Assembly (NCBI GenBank): GCA_038060895.1
Contig: JBBTCT010000015.1
Location: 1 to 64,000 of the forward strand
Reading direction: 5' to 3'
From: Planctomycetota bacterium
GTDB lineage: Bacteria; Planctomycetota; MHYJ01; WSZJ01
Length of the DNA stretch: 64,000 nt
The notes beneath the pieces are model-generated. The model had not been told where the DNA came from and did no database searches. It saw only the letters and a program-made list of their open reading frames with translations. The position numbers were made by a program, and so were the translations under genes. This document shows positions 20,795-30,868 of the stretch, piece after piece; position 1 is the stretch's first letter, and every line of letters begins with the position of its first letter.

Positions 20795-23413
20795 ATGAAA
20801 CTCGCGCTCCTCGTTGCCCTCTCCATCGCCGCCGCACTTCCGGCCTTCGCCGACCAGGCCGCTGCGGAGAAAGCCATCAAGGAGGGCCGCGACCTCCTCC
20901 AGCGCGGCGATTTCACCGGGGCCGTCAAGGCGATGGACCGCGCGGTCGAGGCCGCGCCGGGCTGGGCGACGACCTGGACGGAACGAGGGTTCGCCAAGGC
21001 GCGCGGCGGCTGGATCGTCCCGGCGCTCGAGGACCTCGGGAAGGCCCTCGAACTCGAGCCGGGTGCCACTCCGATCATGAATCTCCGCGCTCGCGTCTAC
21101 ATGGACCTCGACCTGTGGCAGGAAGCCGCCGACCAGGCTGCCGAGGTCATCAGCCGCAAGCCGAACGACGCGTACGCGCTTTCCCTCCATGGCCGCGCCC
21201 TCGTCCAGCTCGGCGAAGTCGATCGCGGCCTCGAGGAACTCCAGCGCGCCATCCGCGCCGAGCCGGGCTTCATCAATGAACTTCCCACCAGCCTGGCCCT
21301 CAAGGCCGACTGGCAGGCCGTCGCGAATGCCGGGGCCGAAGCGATGCGAGCCGTCCCGCAGAACTGCGTCTCGGCGATCAGCGAAAGGATCTGCGCGCTG
21401 GTGGAACTCGGGAAGTACGACGAAGCGAAAATTGCAATCGAGGAAGGGCAGCGCATCGCCCCCGACACCGTCGGCCTCGCGCTCGGAAAGGCCTGCCTTC
21501 TCGGCACCCCGGGCGCGCCCGGGTTCAGCGAGGCGGCGGCGAAGCGCGAGCTGGATGTCACCCGCGAAACCGCCTACCTCAGCGGCACGCTCAACGTCGC
21601 GGCGCGCATCTTTTTCATCAACGGCCGCATCCGCGAGTGCCTCGACCTCCTCGACACCAAGGGCCGCCGCTCGAACTTCGAGACGCTCTTCTGGATCGGC
21701 GCCTGCCGCTGGAAGCTCGGCGACCTTGCCGAGGCCCGCGCGATGTTCAAGGACGCGCGGCGGCGCAATCCCTACCTGGTCGCGCACGCCCGGCGCGTCC
21801 CAGGCCTCGCGGAATTCGTCGCATCGATCGAGCGCGAGCTGAAAGGCGAGCTCGACTGGCAGGGAGACGCCGCGGGGATGCGCCTCGAAAACGCCCAGCA
21901 CCTGCTGACGGTCTCGGAGATCGAAGCGCTGGTGAAGCGTTACCAGTTTGCGCGGGCGGCCGCCGAGTACGAAAAGTTGCTCCCGGCGCTGAAATCCACG
22001 CTTCGCAAGTCGGAAGTCGAGTCGCGCCTTCCCGAAGTGCGCGGAATGGCGGGCGCGCTGAAGCGCCTCGTCGCCGGGATCAATGGCGGAGCGCTCAAGC
22101 TGAAGACCACGGTCGGCAAAACCGACCTGACGATCACCAAGGCCGACCCCGCCGCGTTCCAGTTCACGATCGCCAAAGGCGAGGGGCGCTTCCCCTGGGC
22201 TGCCCTCGACACCGACCTCTTCTGCGACTTTGCGCAGCAGGCCGGCGCCATTGCGGAGGAGCTGGCCGGCCTCGGCTGCCTCGCGTGGGACGCCGGCCGC
22301 CCGGCGACGGCGCAGAAGATGTTCGAGGCCGCACTGAAGAAGGACGCGAAGCAGAAAGCGCTCGTGACCGCGTTCGTCGCACGCCGGCGCGGCATCGCGG
22401 CGCCGGAGGGCGGGTTCGTGACGTGGAAGGGCCGGTACGTGACCGCCGAGGAGAAGGCCAATCTCGACAAAGGGCTCGTGCAGTTCGAAGGGCAGTGGGT
22501 GACAGTGAAGGACCGCGAGCAGCTGGCGAAGGGGCTCGTGAAGTTGGACGACAAGTGGGTCGCCGGCAAGGACGCCGAACTTCAACTCCGGGGCTACCGG
22601 AAGATCGACGGCAAGTGGATGAGCGCCGAGGACGTCGCGGCGCTGAGAGGAAACTGGGAAACCGCCTGGACCGAGGAGACCGCGCACTACTCCATCCGCA
22701 CGAACGAAGGAGAGCAGTTCGCGAAGGACCTCGCGGCGCTCATCGAGTCGGCGTACCTGGAGTTCCAGGAGTTCTACGGCGTCGAGCCGAAGCTCGCTTC
22801 CAAAGAGAAAATGACGCTCTTCGCATTCCGCTCCTTCGAGGACTACCGCAAGTACTGCATCGAGCAGAAAGCCGAGGACCACCTCGCGGCCTCGGGGTTC
22901 GCGAAGAGCGACTCGCTCACGGTCGCAGGCTGGAACCGGACCGGCAACCGCCAGCAGTTCCTCCAGACGATGGTCCACGAGGCCGCTCACCTCTACTGGT
23001 ACCGCATCGCGCCGGGCGCGAAGGCGCCGTCGTGGTACGCGGAGGGCATGGCGACTTACTTCGAAGGCTTCTCGTGGAACGGCTCAAAGTACAGCTTCAA
23101 CCACGTCGCCGAAAGCCGGCTGCCGTTCGTGCGAGAAGCCGTGAAGGCCGGACGCCATATCCCGCTGAAGGACCTCCTGGCCGCCGACGCGCTCGCGCTG
23201 ATCAACAGCGACACGCAGAAGGCGCTTCTGTTCTACGCGGAATGCTGGTCCCTGAACTTCTACCTGTCCGTGACGGAAAACAAGGCGTACCGCGCGGCGT
23301 ACGCGGAGTACCGGAAGGTGGTAGAGACCGGGCAGACGAAGACCCTGCTGGAGTGCTTCCCGGACGCAGCGAAACTCGAGGCGGACTGGGTGCGGTTTGT
23401 GACGGGGCTGTAA
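20795..23413 (+). CDS. Secreted TPR + DUF1570-like HExxH protein (paralog 2)
   Basis: Signal MKLALLVALSIAAALPAFA; TMVHEAAHLY...WYAEGMATYFE. Confidence 0.82.
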   Translation: MKLALLVALSIAAALPAFADQAAAEKAIKEGRDLLQRGDFTGAVKAMDRAVEAAPGWATTWTERGFAKARGGWIVPALEDLGKALELEPGATPIMNLRARVYMDLDLWQEAADQAAEVISRKPNDAYALSLHGRALVQLGEVDRGLEELQRAIRAEPGFINELPTSLALKADWQAVANAGAEAMRAVPQNCVSAISERICALVELGKYDEAKIAIEEGQRIAPDTVGLALGKACLLGTPGAPGFSEAAAKRELDVTRETAYLSGTLNVAARIFFINGRIRECLDLLDTKGRRSNFETLFWIGACRWKLGDLAEARAMFKDARRRNPYLVAHARRVPGLAEFVASIERELKGELDWQGDAAGMRLENAQHLLTVSEIEALVKRYQFARAAAEYEKLLPALKSTLRKSEVESRLPEVRGMAGALKRLVAGINGGALKLKTTVGKTDLTITKADPAAFQFTIAKGEGRFPWAALDTDLFCDFAQQAGAIAEELAGLGCLAWDAGRPATAQKMFEAALKKDAKQKALVTAFVARRRGIAAPEGGFVTWKGRYVTAEEKANLDKGLVQFEGQWVTVKDREQLAKGLVKLDDKWVAGKDAELQLRGYRKIDGKWMSAEDVAALRGNWETAWTEETAHYSIRTNEGEQFAKDLAALIESAYLEFQEFYGVEPKLASKEKMTLFAFRSFEDYRKYCIEQKAEDHLAASGFAKSDSLTVAGWNRTGNRQQFLQTMVHEAAHLYWYRIAPGAKAPSWYAEGMATYFEGFSWNGSKYSFNHVAESRLPFVREAVKAGRHIPLKDLLAADALALINSDTQKALLFYAECWSLNFYLSVTENKAYRAAYAEYRKVVETGQTKTLLECFPDAAKLEADWVRFVTGL

Positions 23414-23488
23414 GCCGTGTCTGTAGACCGATGCTGCAGTCAAGTAACTCAACAACAACGTTGGGACAAATCTCTCGAGGGTCAAATC

Positions 23489-24184
23489 ATGCGTGAATCC
23501 GCCAGTCCAGCAGAAGGGACCAATCGGCTTCGGGCACAGGGCAGCAGGGAAGTCTCTTGGAAGTACTTGTTGCCACTTGCCGTGCTCTGTCTGGCGATGA
23601 TTGTTGCGTGGAAGCCGCCTGATGAACGACTGGAGTCGAAGGAATTGGTGATTTATGACGAGCATGGCCGCGCATGCATTCGTTTGTCAGCGGTCGACGG
23701 GAATCCGGAAATGCTCCTGACATCCTCGAACTCGAAGGCGAGCATTCGAGTTCGTATTCTGGGGGACGGGATTTCAGAAGTGAAAATGTGCGATGCGTCA
23801 GGCAAGGACAGGGTCGAAGTAGGAGTTGACTCCAAGAATCGAGCCACTGTAAGGGTGCGGTCCGAAGGTCAACGCCACCTTTGCAACATCGTGGCACATA
23901 AGGAGTCGGCAAGCGTCGAATTGAAGGAAAACGACACGAAACACGTCGTCAGCCTTGAGACGAGCAGTGATGGTGCAGGGCGAATCGATTTTGTGGACGA
24001 CACAGGACACGCGTACATCGAGTTTGGTGCGGATAAACGCGGAGAACTCTCTCATCTCATTTTAACCAGCGGTAAGGGTGCGGGCGTGGAGGATGCGAGA
24101 CTTCACTTGGAACAAGTGGGAGGTGTGCCTCGCACTTACCTTCGCTCCGGGTTGGGCGTCGATATCTGGTCTTCCGACAAATGA
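23489..24184 (+). CDS. Hypothetical membrane-anchored beta-rich protein, lower GC
   Basis: TM segment YLLPLAVLCLAMIVAW; repeated hydrophobic-DxxG units; many A/T-ending codons. Confidence 0.6.
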   Translation: MRESASPAEGTNRLRAQGSREVSWKYLLPLAVLCLAMIVAWKPPDERLESKELVIYDEHGRACIRLSAVDGNPEMLLTSSNSKASIRVRILGDGISEVKMCDASGKDRVEVGVDSKNRATVRVRSEGQRHLCNIVAHKESASVELKENDTKHVVSLETSSDGAGRIDFVDDTGHAYIEFGADKRGELSHLILTSGKGAGVEDARLHLEQVGGVPRTYLRSGLGVDIWSSDK

Positions 24185-24384
24185 GGTAGAAGGTAACGGA
24201 GATCAGAATAGTAGCCGTTGCAAGCGAAGCGACCTGACGGATGGCTGCCGCCGCTCCTGTCATTGGCTCAGCGATGGCGACATTTCGGGAATTCAACCTT
24301 CCGCTACGGCGTACGCTTTGAGGGGAGCAGTCGCGCTCGAACCGCGGTTATCATTCCCCCGGGGGGATTTCACAGGACCAGACC

Positions 24385-27024
24385 ATGCGCCGCATCGCCC
24401 GGGCTGCCGCCGCTTCGCTGTTCGCTCTCCTCTGCCTCACGCGCTTCGCCGCAGCCGACCGCGCACAGGCAGAGAGCGCCGTCCTTGACGGCGACCGCAA
24501 GCTGCAGGCCCGCGACATGCAGGGCGCGATCGATGCTTACACGCGAGCCATCGAGGCCGACCCGGCGTGGGGGACGGCTTGGGGAAAGCGCGGCTACGTG
24601 AAGCGGATCTGGACGAAATTCGACGCTTCGCTGGAGGACCTTGGGCAGGCGATTGCGCTGGAGCCGGGGGTGACGACCTGGCGGCTGGAGCGGGCGCAGG
24701 CGTTCCTGAATCTCGACCGGTCGCAGGAGGCGGTTGAGGAAGGGGAAGCGCTGGTCAAGATGGCGCCGCAGGATCCGGCGAACACGACGATGCTGGGGTG
24801 GGCGCTGGTGCATGCGGGGGATGTGGACCGGGGGCTGGAGCTGCAGACGAAGGCGCTCGAGATGTCGGGCGGGAACGCGCAGATGCGGATCCGGTCGGAC
24901 GGGTTTGAGCTGAAGGGCGACTGGAAGATGATGGTGGAGGAGATGGAGAAGGCGCTGGCGGGGGGGCGGACGGACCTCGGGGCGTACCTCAACCGGGTGA
25001 TCGGGCACACGAACCTCGGGGAGTACGACAAGGCCGCGGCCGTGATCACGGAGCTGGAGGCCAAATCGCGCGGGACGATCATCTACATGGCCCGCGTCTA
25101 CCTGTACTCGACGCCGACCGCGGGCGCGCACTTCAACGCGGCGAAGGCGCTCGCCGACGCGGAGCAGGCGGCCGCGGGGACGACGCAGTCCGGCGTGCTG
25201 ACGATCCACGCCCGCGCGCTGTTTCACACGGGAAGCGCGGACCGCTGCCTCGACCTGCTTTCCACCAAGGGGCGCCGGACGAATTTCCAGACGCTTTTCT
25301 GGCTCGGCGCGGCGCACTGGAAGCTGGGGCAGTTTGCGGAAGCGAAGGCGGTGCTGCAGGACGCGCGGCGGCTGAACCCGTACATCCTGAAGCACGCGGA
25401 GAAGATCGAAGGGTTCAGCGCGTTCGTCGCGGCGATCGACAAGGATCTCGCGGGGGAGGTCGGCCAGCCGGCGGATCGCGGGCGGCTCGGGTTCGAGCTC
25501 GCGACGCACCTGATGACCGTGGCCGAAATCGAGGCGCTCGTGCGCCGGTACCGCTTCGCCCGCGCGGCCGGCGAATACGAGAAGCTGCTGCCGTCGCTGA
25601 AGTCGGCGGTGAGGCGCGGTGAAGTCGAGACGCGGCTTCCCGAGGTCAAGGGGATGGCGGGGGCGCACGCGAAGCTGATCGCGGCCGTGACACGGTCGCA
25701 GGGGAAGTTGAAGACGAAGGTCGGCAAGATGGATCTCACGCTCGTCAAAGCGGACGAAAGCAGCTTCAACTTCACGATCGCCGGCGGCGAAGGAAAGTTT
25801 CCGTGGGCGTACCTCGACACGGCGATCTACTGCGAGCTCGCCAACGCGCAGGACCTCAAGCCCGACGAAGTCTTCGGACTCGGCTGCCTCGCCTGGGATG
25901 CGGGGCTGCGGCCGGAGGCGATGAAGCTCTTCGAGGAAGCGGTCAAGAAACAGGCGCCGCTGAAGAAGAACCTGTCGGCGTTCGTGTCGCGCAAGCGCGG
26001 CGTGCCCGCGCCCGACGCCGGGTTCGTGAACTTCCGCGGCGCGTACGTGACGCCGGAGGAGAAGGCGAATCTCGAGAAGGGGCTGGTGCAGTTCCAGGGG
26101 CAGTGGGTGACGGCGAAAGACAAGGAGCAGCTCGCGAAAGGGAACATCCAGGTCGGCGGGAAATGGGTTTCAGGGGAAGAGGCGGACCTGCTGAAGCGAG
26201 GGTTTCGCCGGTACAAGGACAAGTGGATGAGCCGCGAAGATTACGAGGCGATCCGCGGCGGGTGGGAAGAGGCGTACACGGAGCAGACGGCTCACTACCT
26301 GATCAAGACGAACGAGTCGGAGGCGTTCGCGAAGGACCTGGCGGGTCTGATCGAGGTCGCTTACGCCGAGTACAAGGCCTACTACGGGGGCGAGGAGCCG
26401 AAGCTGGCGGGGAAGGAGAAGATGACGCTGTACGCGTACAAGTCGTACGAGGACTACCGCAAGTACTGCGTCGAGACGAAGGCGGAAGACCACCTGAACG
26501 CCGCGGGGTTCGCGCGGAGCGACTCGCTGGTCGTCGTGGGATGGAACAAGACGAACAACCGGCAGCAGTTCCTGCAGACGATGGTGCACGAGGCCGCGCA
26601 CATGTACTTCTTCCAGGTCGCCAAATCCGCGCGGCCGCCGAGCTGGTACGCCGAAGCGATGGCGACGTACTTCGAGGGCTTCAACTGGGACGGGAAGGCG
26701 TACAAGTTCAATTTCGTGAGCGAGAGCCGCCTGCCGTTCGTGCGGGATGCGATGAAGGGAAAGCGGCACATCCCGATGGCCGACATGCTGGCGGGGGACG
26801 CGCTGGCGTTGATCAACAGCGATTCTCAGAAGGCGCTGCTGTTCTACGCGCAGTGCTGGGCCTTGAACTACTACCTGTGCCAGACGGAGAACAAGGAATA
26901 CCGGGCGGCGTATGCGGAGTATCGGAAAGGCGTCGCGAGCGGAGCGGGGAAGACGCTGATGGAGTATTTCCCGGATGCGGCGCGGTTGGAAGCCGATTGG
27001 GTTCGGTTCGTCAGCGGGCTTTAG
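24385..27024 (+). CDS. Secreted TPR + DUF1570-like HExxH protein (paralog 3)
   Basis: Signal peptide; TMVHEAAHMY...WYAEAMATYFE. Confidence 0.82.
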   Translation: MRRIARAAAASLFALLCLTRFAAADRAQAESAVLDGDRKLQARDMQGAIDAYTRAIEADPAWGTAWGKRGYVKRIWTKFDASLEDLGQAIALEPGVTTWRLERAQAFLNLDRSQEAVEEGEALVKMAPQDPANTTMLGWALVHAGDVDRGLELQTKALEMSGGNAQMRIRSDGFELKGDWKMMVEEMEKALAGGRTDLGAYLNRVIGHTNLGEYDKAAAVITELEAKSRGTIIYMARVYLYSTPTAGAHFNAAKALADAEQAAAGTTQSGVLTIHARALFHTGSADRCLDLLSTKGRRTNFQTLFWLGAAHWKLGQFAEAKAVLQDARRLNPYILKHAEKIEGFSAFVAAIDKDLAGEVGQPADRGRLGFELATHLMTVAEIEALVRRYRFARAAGEYEKLLPSLKSAVRRGEVETRLPEVKGMAGAHAKLIAAVTRSQGKLKTKVGKMDLTLVKADESSFNFTIAGGEGKFPWAYLDTAIYCELANAQDLKPDEVFGLGCLAWDAGLRPEAMKLFEEAVKKQAPLKKNLSAFVSRKRGVPAPDAGFVNFRGAYVTPEEKANLEKGLVQFQGQWVTAKDKEQLAKGNIQVGGKWVSGEEADLLKRGFRRYKDKWMSREDYEAIRGGWEEAYTEQTAHYLIKTNESEAFAKDLAGLIEVAYAEYKAYYGGEEPKLAGKEKMTLYAYKSYEDYRKYCVETKAEDHLNAAGFARSDSLVVVGWNKTNNRQQFLQTMVHEAAHMYFFQVAKSARPPSWYAEAMATYFEGFNWDGKAYKFNFVSESRLPFVRDAMKGKRHIPMADMLAGDALALINSDSQKALLFYAQCWALNYYLCQTENKEYRAAYAEYRKGVASGAGKTLMEYFPDAARLEADWVRFVSGL

Positions 27025-27085
27025 TGGTTCGTGGGGAGTGTTGAGGATTGAGTGTTGAGTAGTGACGAGTGTGGAGTGAGGAGAT
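27025..27085. repeat. Degenerate G/T-rich heptamer repeat (GAGTGTT-like)
   Basis: gagtgttgaggattgagtgttgagtagtgacgagtgtggagtgag. Confidence 0.55.
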
Positions 27086-27187
27086 GACGGCTGCGGGTTG
27101 GAGGCGCGGCTGCTTTGTGGTGAGGTCGGCCGCCGGCTTCATCGCTTTTCCGTGCCCGTTCCAGGCATTCGCGCGACATTTCCCTCC

Positions 27188-27778
27188 ATGCCGTCGCCCC
27201 CGCTTCCTCCTCTCGCTGAGTTCCTGCGCTGGATCTCCGAGATGCCGCCTGTCTTCCGCGGGGAACCGGGGGTCGGATCGCGGGGCGGAGTGCGCGTGCG
27301 CGCGGTGGTTGCCGACCTGATGGAAACAGCGCTGCGCGAGCCGGCGAAGCCGGCCGACCTGGCGCCGTTCAATTTCACGGGTTCCACGGCGGAGCGCAAT
27401 CGCCTGCGCTGGGTACTCGCGGCCTGCCATGTGCTCTGGCATCCGTCGCTGCGCGAACGCTCGCTGCCGCCTGACGGCGTCCGGCGGTTGCTCGTGCAGG
27501 ACATGGCCGCGCTCGCGGCCGTGGCGCCTTTCGACGGGCTGGCGTCGGAGGAGGAACGGCGCGAAGAGCTGGTCCGGCGGACGATTGGAGCGGCGGGATT
27601 AAGGCTGCCCGGCGAATCCGAGACGGACGCCGCCGACCGGCTCACGCAGGTCGATTCCATCGAGCGGCGCCGCCTCCTCGCGGCCGCGGCCGAGAAGCAG
27701 AAGCGCGCGAAGGCAATCCAGGAAGAGCTGCGGCGCAAGGCGGCGGAAGAGGCGGCTTCGAAGGCGTCGAGCGAATGA
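27188..27778 (+). CDS. Hypothetical protein coupled to the CapK-like gene
   Basis: ATGA overlap with the next gene; helical C-terminus. Confidence 0.65.
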   Translation: MPSPPLPPLAEFLRWISEMPPVFRGEPGVGSRGGVRVRAVVADLMETALREPAKPADLAPFNFTGSTAERNRLRWVLAACHVLWHPSLRERSLPPDGVRRLLVQDMAALAAVAPFDGLASEEERREELVRRTIGAAGLRLPGESETDAADRLTQVDSIERRRLLAAAAEKQKRAKAIQEELRRKAAEEAASKASSE

Positions 27779-29163
27779 GCGCGCGCATCACGGCGGAGTT
27801 GAAGCGTCGGAACCCGCTCATCACGGCGGCCGCCGCGAAGACGCTTCACCGCATCAAGGAGCACCCGGACGCGCCTCGCTTCAATGGGGAACTCGGCGAT
27901 CGGCTTGTGAAGGCCGACCTGGCGGCGCTGGACCGGCTGCGCGAGGGACTGGCAACGGGTCGGCGCGCGCGGCGCGGTTTCGCTCCGCCGCCCGAAGTTC
28001 TGGCGGCGCTCGCCGCCGCGATCCCGCGCGTCGGGCGCTTCCGGAATACGGTGCCGCGCGGCCTCGACCTCGCGAAAGACTGGGCGGACGTGCCGACGAC
28101 GTCGCGCGAGGACCTGGCGTTCTCGATGCACGAGCTGATCCCGGACGACGCGGACTTCGCGCGCCTCATCGTTCACCCGACGAGCGGGACGACGGGGCAT
28201 GCGGTCTTCGTGCCTCACCACCCCGTTGCGGGGAGCGCCTACCTGCCGCTCTTCGAAGTCGCGCTCGCTTCGCACGGCATCCGCCTTTCCCCGCGCGCCG
28301 CCGACGTCGGCACCGTGCAGGTCCACGCCCAGTCTTTCACTCTCACGTACGCGACGGTGCACGCAGCGTGGGGGAACAGCGGGTACGCGAAGGTGAACCT
28401 GAAAGCGGCGGAGTGGCCGAAGCCGGAAAGCCGCGGGCGGTGGCTGGAAGCGATGGCGCCGCTGACGATGACGGGAAATCCATCCGCGTATGCCGCGCTG
28501 CTGGAACTCGGGACAAGGATCCGGCCGAGAGCCTTCTTCTCGACCGCGTTCGCGCTTGCGCCGGCCCTGGCGAAGCGGCTGGCGGCGGCGTTCAACGCCC
28601 CGGTGATCGACTGGTATTCGAGCATCGAGACCGGACCAGTGGCATTCACGTGCCCGCGCGGCGATTTCCACGTGCTGCCGCACGATCTGCACGTCGAGGT
28701 CGTGGATGCCCGGGGACTGCCCGTTCCGTCCGGCAATCCCGGCGAGATCTGCGTCAGCGGCGGCCGCAACCCGTTCCTGCCGCTCCTGCGCTACCGGACC
28801 GGCGACCGCGCGCGACTGGAGACGAAACCGTGCGCCTGCGGCGACCCGATGCCGCGGCTGCTGGGGCTCGAGGGCCGCGCGCCCGTTCTGCTTCGTGCCG
28901 CCGACGGCAGCCCGGTCGCTTCCGTCGACGTCTCCCGCGCGCTTCGCGATTTCTCGATCGCGCAGCACGCTCTCGTGCAGCGCGCCGGTGGCGCGGTCGA
29001 GCTGGACGTCCGCCCACTTCCGGACTGGCCTCTCGACGCCGCGCGCATCGAGAAGGCCCTGCGCGGCGTGTTCGGCGCGAAAACAAAACTCCGGGTCCGG
29101 GTCGTGAAGCGGATCGACGGCCCCGGCGGCAAGGTCGCCGCGTTCCGGAGCGAGCTGAAGTGA
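27775..29163 (+). CDS. Phenylacetate-CoA ligase/CapK-like ANL-family adenylating enzyme
   Basis: TSGTTG, YSSIETG, PLLRYRTGD, LEGR. Confidence 0.85.
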   Translation: MSARITAELKRRNPLITAAAAKTLHRIKEHPDAPRFNGELGDRLVKADLAALDRLREGLATGRRARRGFAPPPEVLAALAAAIPRVGRFRNTVPRGLDLAKDWADVPTTSREDLAFSMHELIPDDADFARLIVHPTSGTTGHAVFVPHHPVAGSAYLPLFEVALASHGIRLSPRAADVGTVQVHAQSFTLTYATVHAAWGNSGYAKVNLKAAEWPKPESRGRWLEAMAPLTMTGNPSAYAALLELGTRIRPRAFFSTAFALAPALAKRLAAAFNAPVIDWYSSIETGPVAFTCPRGDFHVLPHDLHVEVVDARGLPVPSGNPGEICVSGGRNPFLPLLRYRTGDRARLETKPCACGDPMPRLLGLEGRAPVLLRAADGSPVASVDVSRALRDFSIAQHALVQRAGGAVELDVRPLPDWPLDAARIEKALRGVFGAKTKLRVRVVKRIDGPGGKVAAFRSELK

Positions 29164-29882
29164 GCGCTCTCGATTTCGCCGCGGGCGCGTTCGGCGCCGT
29201 CTATTGTGTCCTGACCCTTCGCTTCAACCTCTGGAAATGGCCCGCGGGCGCATTCCATTGCGCGCTCTTCGGCGTGCTCTTCTGGAAATTCAAACTCTAC
29301 GCCGGCGTCGGAGCGGCCGAGAATCTCGGCGTCGTGTTCGGCCTGATCTGCGTCGTCCTCACGATCCGGCGCAACATCTGGTGCTGGCCTACGGGGATCA
29401 TCAACGTGGTCCTCTTCGCCTTCATGTTCTGGGGCGTCCAGCTCTACGCCGACCTGATCCTCTACTTCGTCTTCTTCGTGCTCAACGTCTACGGCTGGTA
29501 CGAGTGGCTCCGGGGACGGAAGGACGACGGCCCGCTGGTGGTCGAGGCGGCCTCTCCGCACCTGCGCGCCCTGTCCGTAGTCCTCATCGCCGCAGGCACG
29601 CCGGCGGCCGGCTGGACGCTCGCGCGCTTCACGGACGCCTCCTTTCCGTACTGGGACTCCTTCATCATGGTCGCGAGCCTCATTGCCCAGTGGGGCCTGG
29701 CGCGCAAGTACCTGGAAAACTGGATTCTCTGGATCTGCGTCGACCTCGTCGGCGTGCCCGTCTACGCCGCGAAAGGGCTGCGCGCCACGGCCGTCCTCTA
29801 CGCCATCTTCCTCGTTCTCGCCACCTGCGGCCTCATCGAGTGGATGCGCGCGTACAGGAGGCAGAAAGCGGCCGCCGCGTGA
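29160..29882 (+). CDS. pnuC: Nicotinamide riboside transporter PnuC (with duplicated N-terminal segment)
   Basis: GTG overlaps the upstream stop; NIWCWPTG, YGWYEW, PYWDSF, ARKYLENWILWICVD. Confidence 0.88.
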   Translation: MSALDFAAGAFGAVYCVLTLRFNLWKWPAGAFHCALFGVLFWKFKLYAGVGAAENLGVVFGLICVVLTIRRNIWCWPTGIINVVLFAFMFWGVQLYADLILYFVFFVLNVYGWYEWLRGRKDDGPLVVEAASPHLRALSVVLIAAGTPAAGWTLARFTDASFPYWDSFIMVASLIAQWGLARKYLENWILWICVDLVGVPVYAAKGLRATAVLYAIFLVLATCGLIEWMRAYRRQKAAAA

Positions 29883-30868
29883 CCACGGGACTCGTCCTCG
29901 GGAAATTCCTCCCGCCGCACACGGGGCACCTGCACCTGGTCGCCGAAGCGCGAGCGCGGGTGGACCGGCTCACGGTTGTCGTCGGGTCGCTCGCCCGCGA
30001 GCCGATTCCCGGGGCACTGCGGTTCGAGTGGATGCGCGAGCTCTGCCCGGGCGACGAGGTTGTCCATCTGGCCGAGGAACTTCCGCAGGAACCGCATGAA
30101 CATCCGGGCTTCTGGGACCTGTGGACCGCGGCGCTTCGCCGCGTGATCCCCGCCGGCCCGGATTTCGTCTTCACCTCGGAATCCTACGGCGACGAACTTG
30201 CCCGACGCCTCGGAGCGCGCCACGTCTGTATCGACCCGGCGCGCAAGGCGGTGCCCGTCTCCGGGACGGCAATCCGCAACGACCCCATGGCCCACTGGGA
30301 TTTCATCCCCGCCTGCGTGCGGCCCCATTTCGTGAAGCGCGTCGTCATCTACGGCCCGGAATCGGCGGGGAAGACGACGCTCGCGCGGCGGCTGGCGGAG
30401 GAATTCCGTACCGAGTGGGTCCCGGAATATGCCCGCGGCTTCATCGACCGGAAAGGCGCGTTCGTGGAGCCTGGGGACATCGGGCACGTCGTCGCGGGAC
30501 AGATCGCCTCCGAAAACGCGGCGGCGCGCCGCGCCAACCGCGTCCTCTTCTGCGACAGCGACCTCAACACCACGGTGATCTACTTCACCCACTACTTCGG
30601 TTCCTGCCCGCCCTGGGTCGCCCACCTCTCCTGCCGCCGAACGTCGCACCTCATCCTCCTCTGCGAACCCGACATTCCGTGGGAAGCGGACCCCCAGCGC
30701 GACCAGGGCCTGCGACGCGGCTGGTTTCGCGAGTGGTTCCGCGCGAGGCTGGACGAGCAGGGGCGGCCGTGGCGCGCCGTGACGGGACTCGGAGAATCAC
30801 GGTTTGTGGCCGCCAGGCACCTTGTGACCGACAGCCTCGGGCTTGCTCGGACTACTTCCGCTTCGTAA
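29879..30868 (+). CDS. nadR: NadR-type NMN adenylyltransferase / ribosylnicotinamide kinase (no HTH)
   Basis: GKFLPPHTGH (HxGH), VSGTAIR, Walker A GPESAGKTT, EYAR. Confidence 0.88.
   Translation: MTTGLVLGKFLPPHTGHLHLVAEARARVDRLTVVVGSLAREPIPGALRFEWMRELCPGDEVVHLAEELPQEPHEHPGFWDLWTAALRRVIPAGPDFVFTSESYGDELARRLGARHVCIDPARKAVPVSGTAIRNDPMAHWDFIPACVRPHFVKRVVIYGPESAGKTTLARRLAEEFRTEWVPEYARGFIDRKGAFVEPGDIGHVVAGQIASENAAARRANRVLFCDSDLNTTVIYFTHYFGSCPPWVAHLSCRRTSHLILLCEPDIPWEADPQRDQGLRRGWFREWFRARLDEQGRPWRAVTGLGESRFVAARHLVTDSLGLARTTSAS

Noticed and set aside
18042-27024. Diversity-generating retroelement behind the paralog repeats
   Set aside because: No reverse transcriptase, and differences are mostly synonymous rather than adenine-specific.
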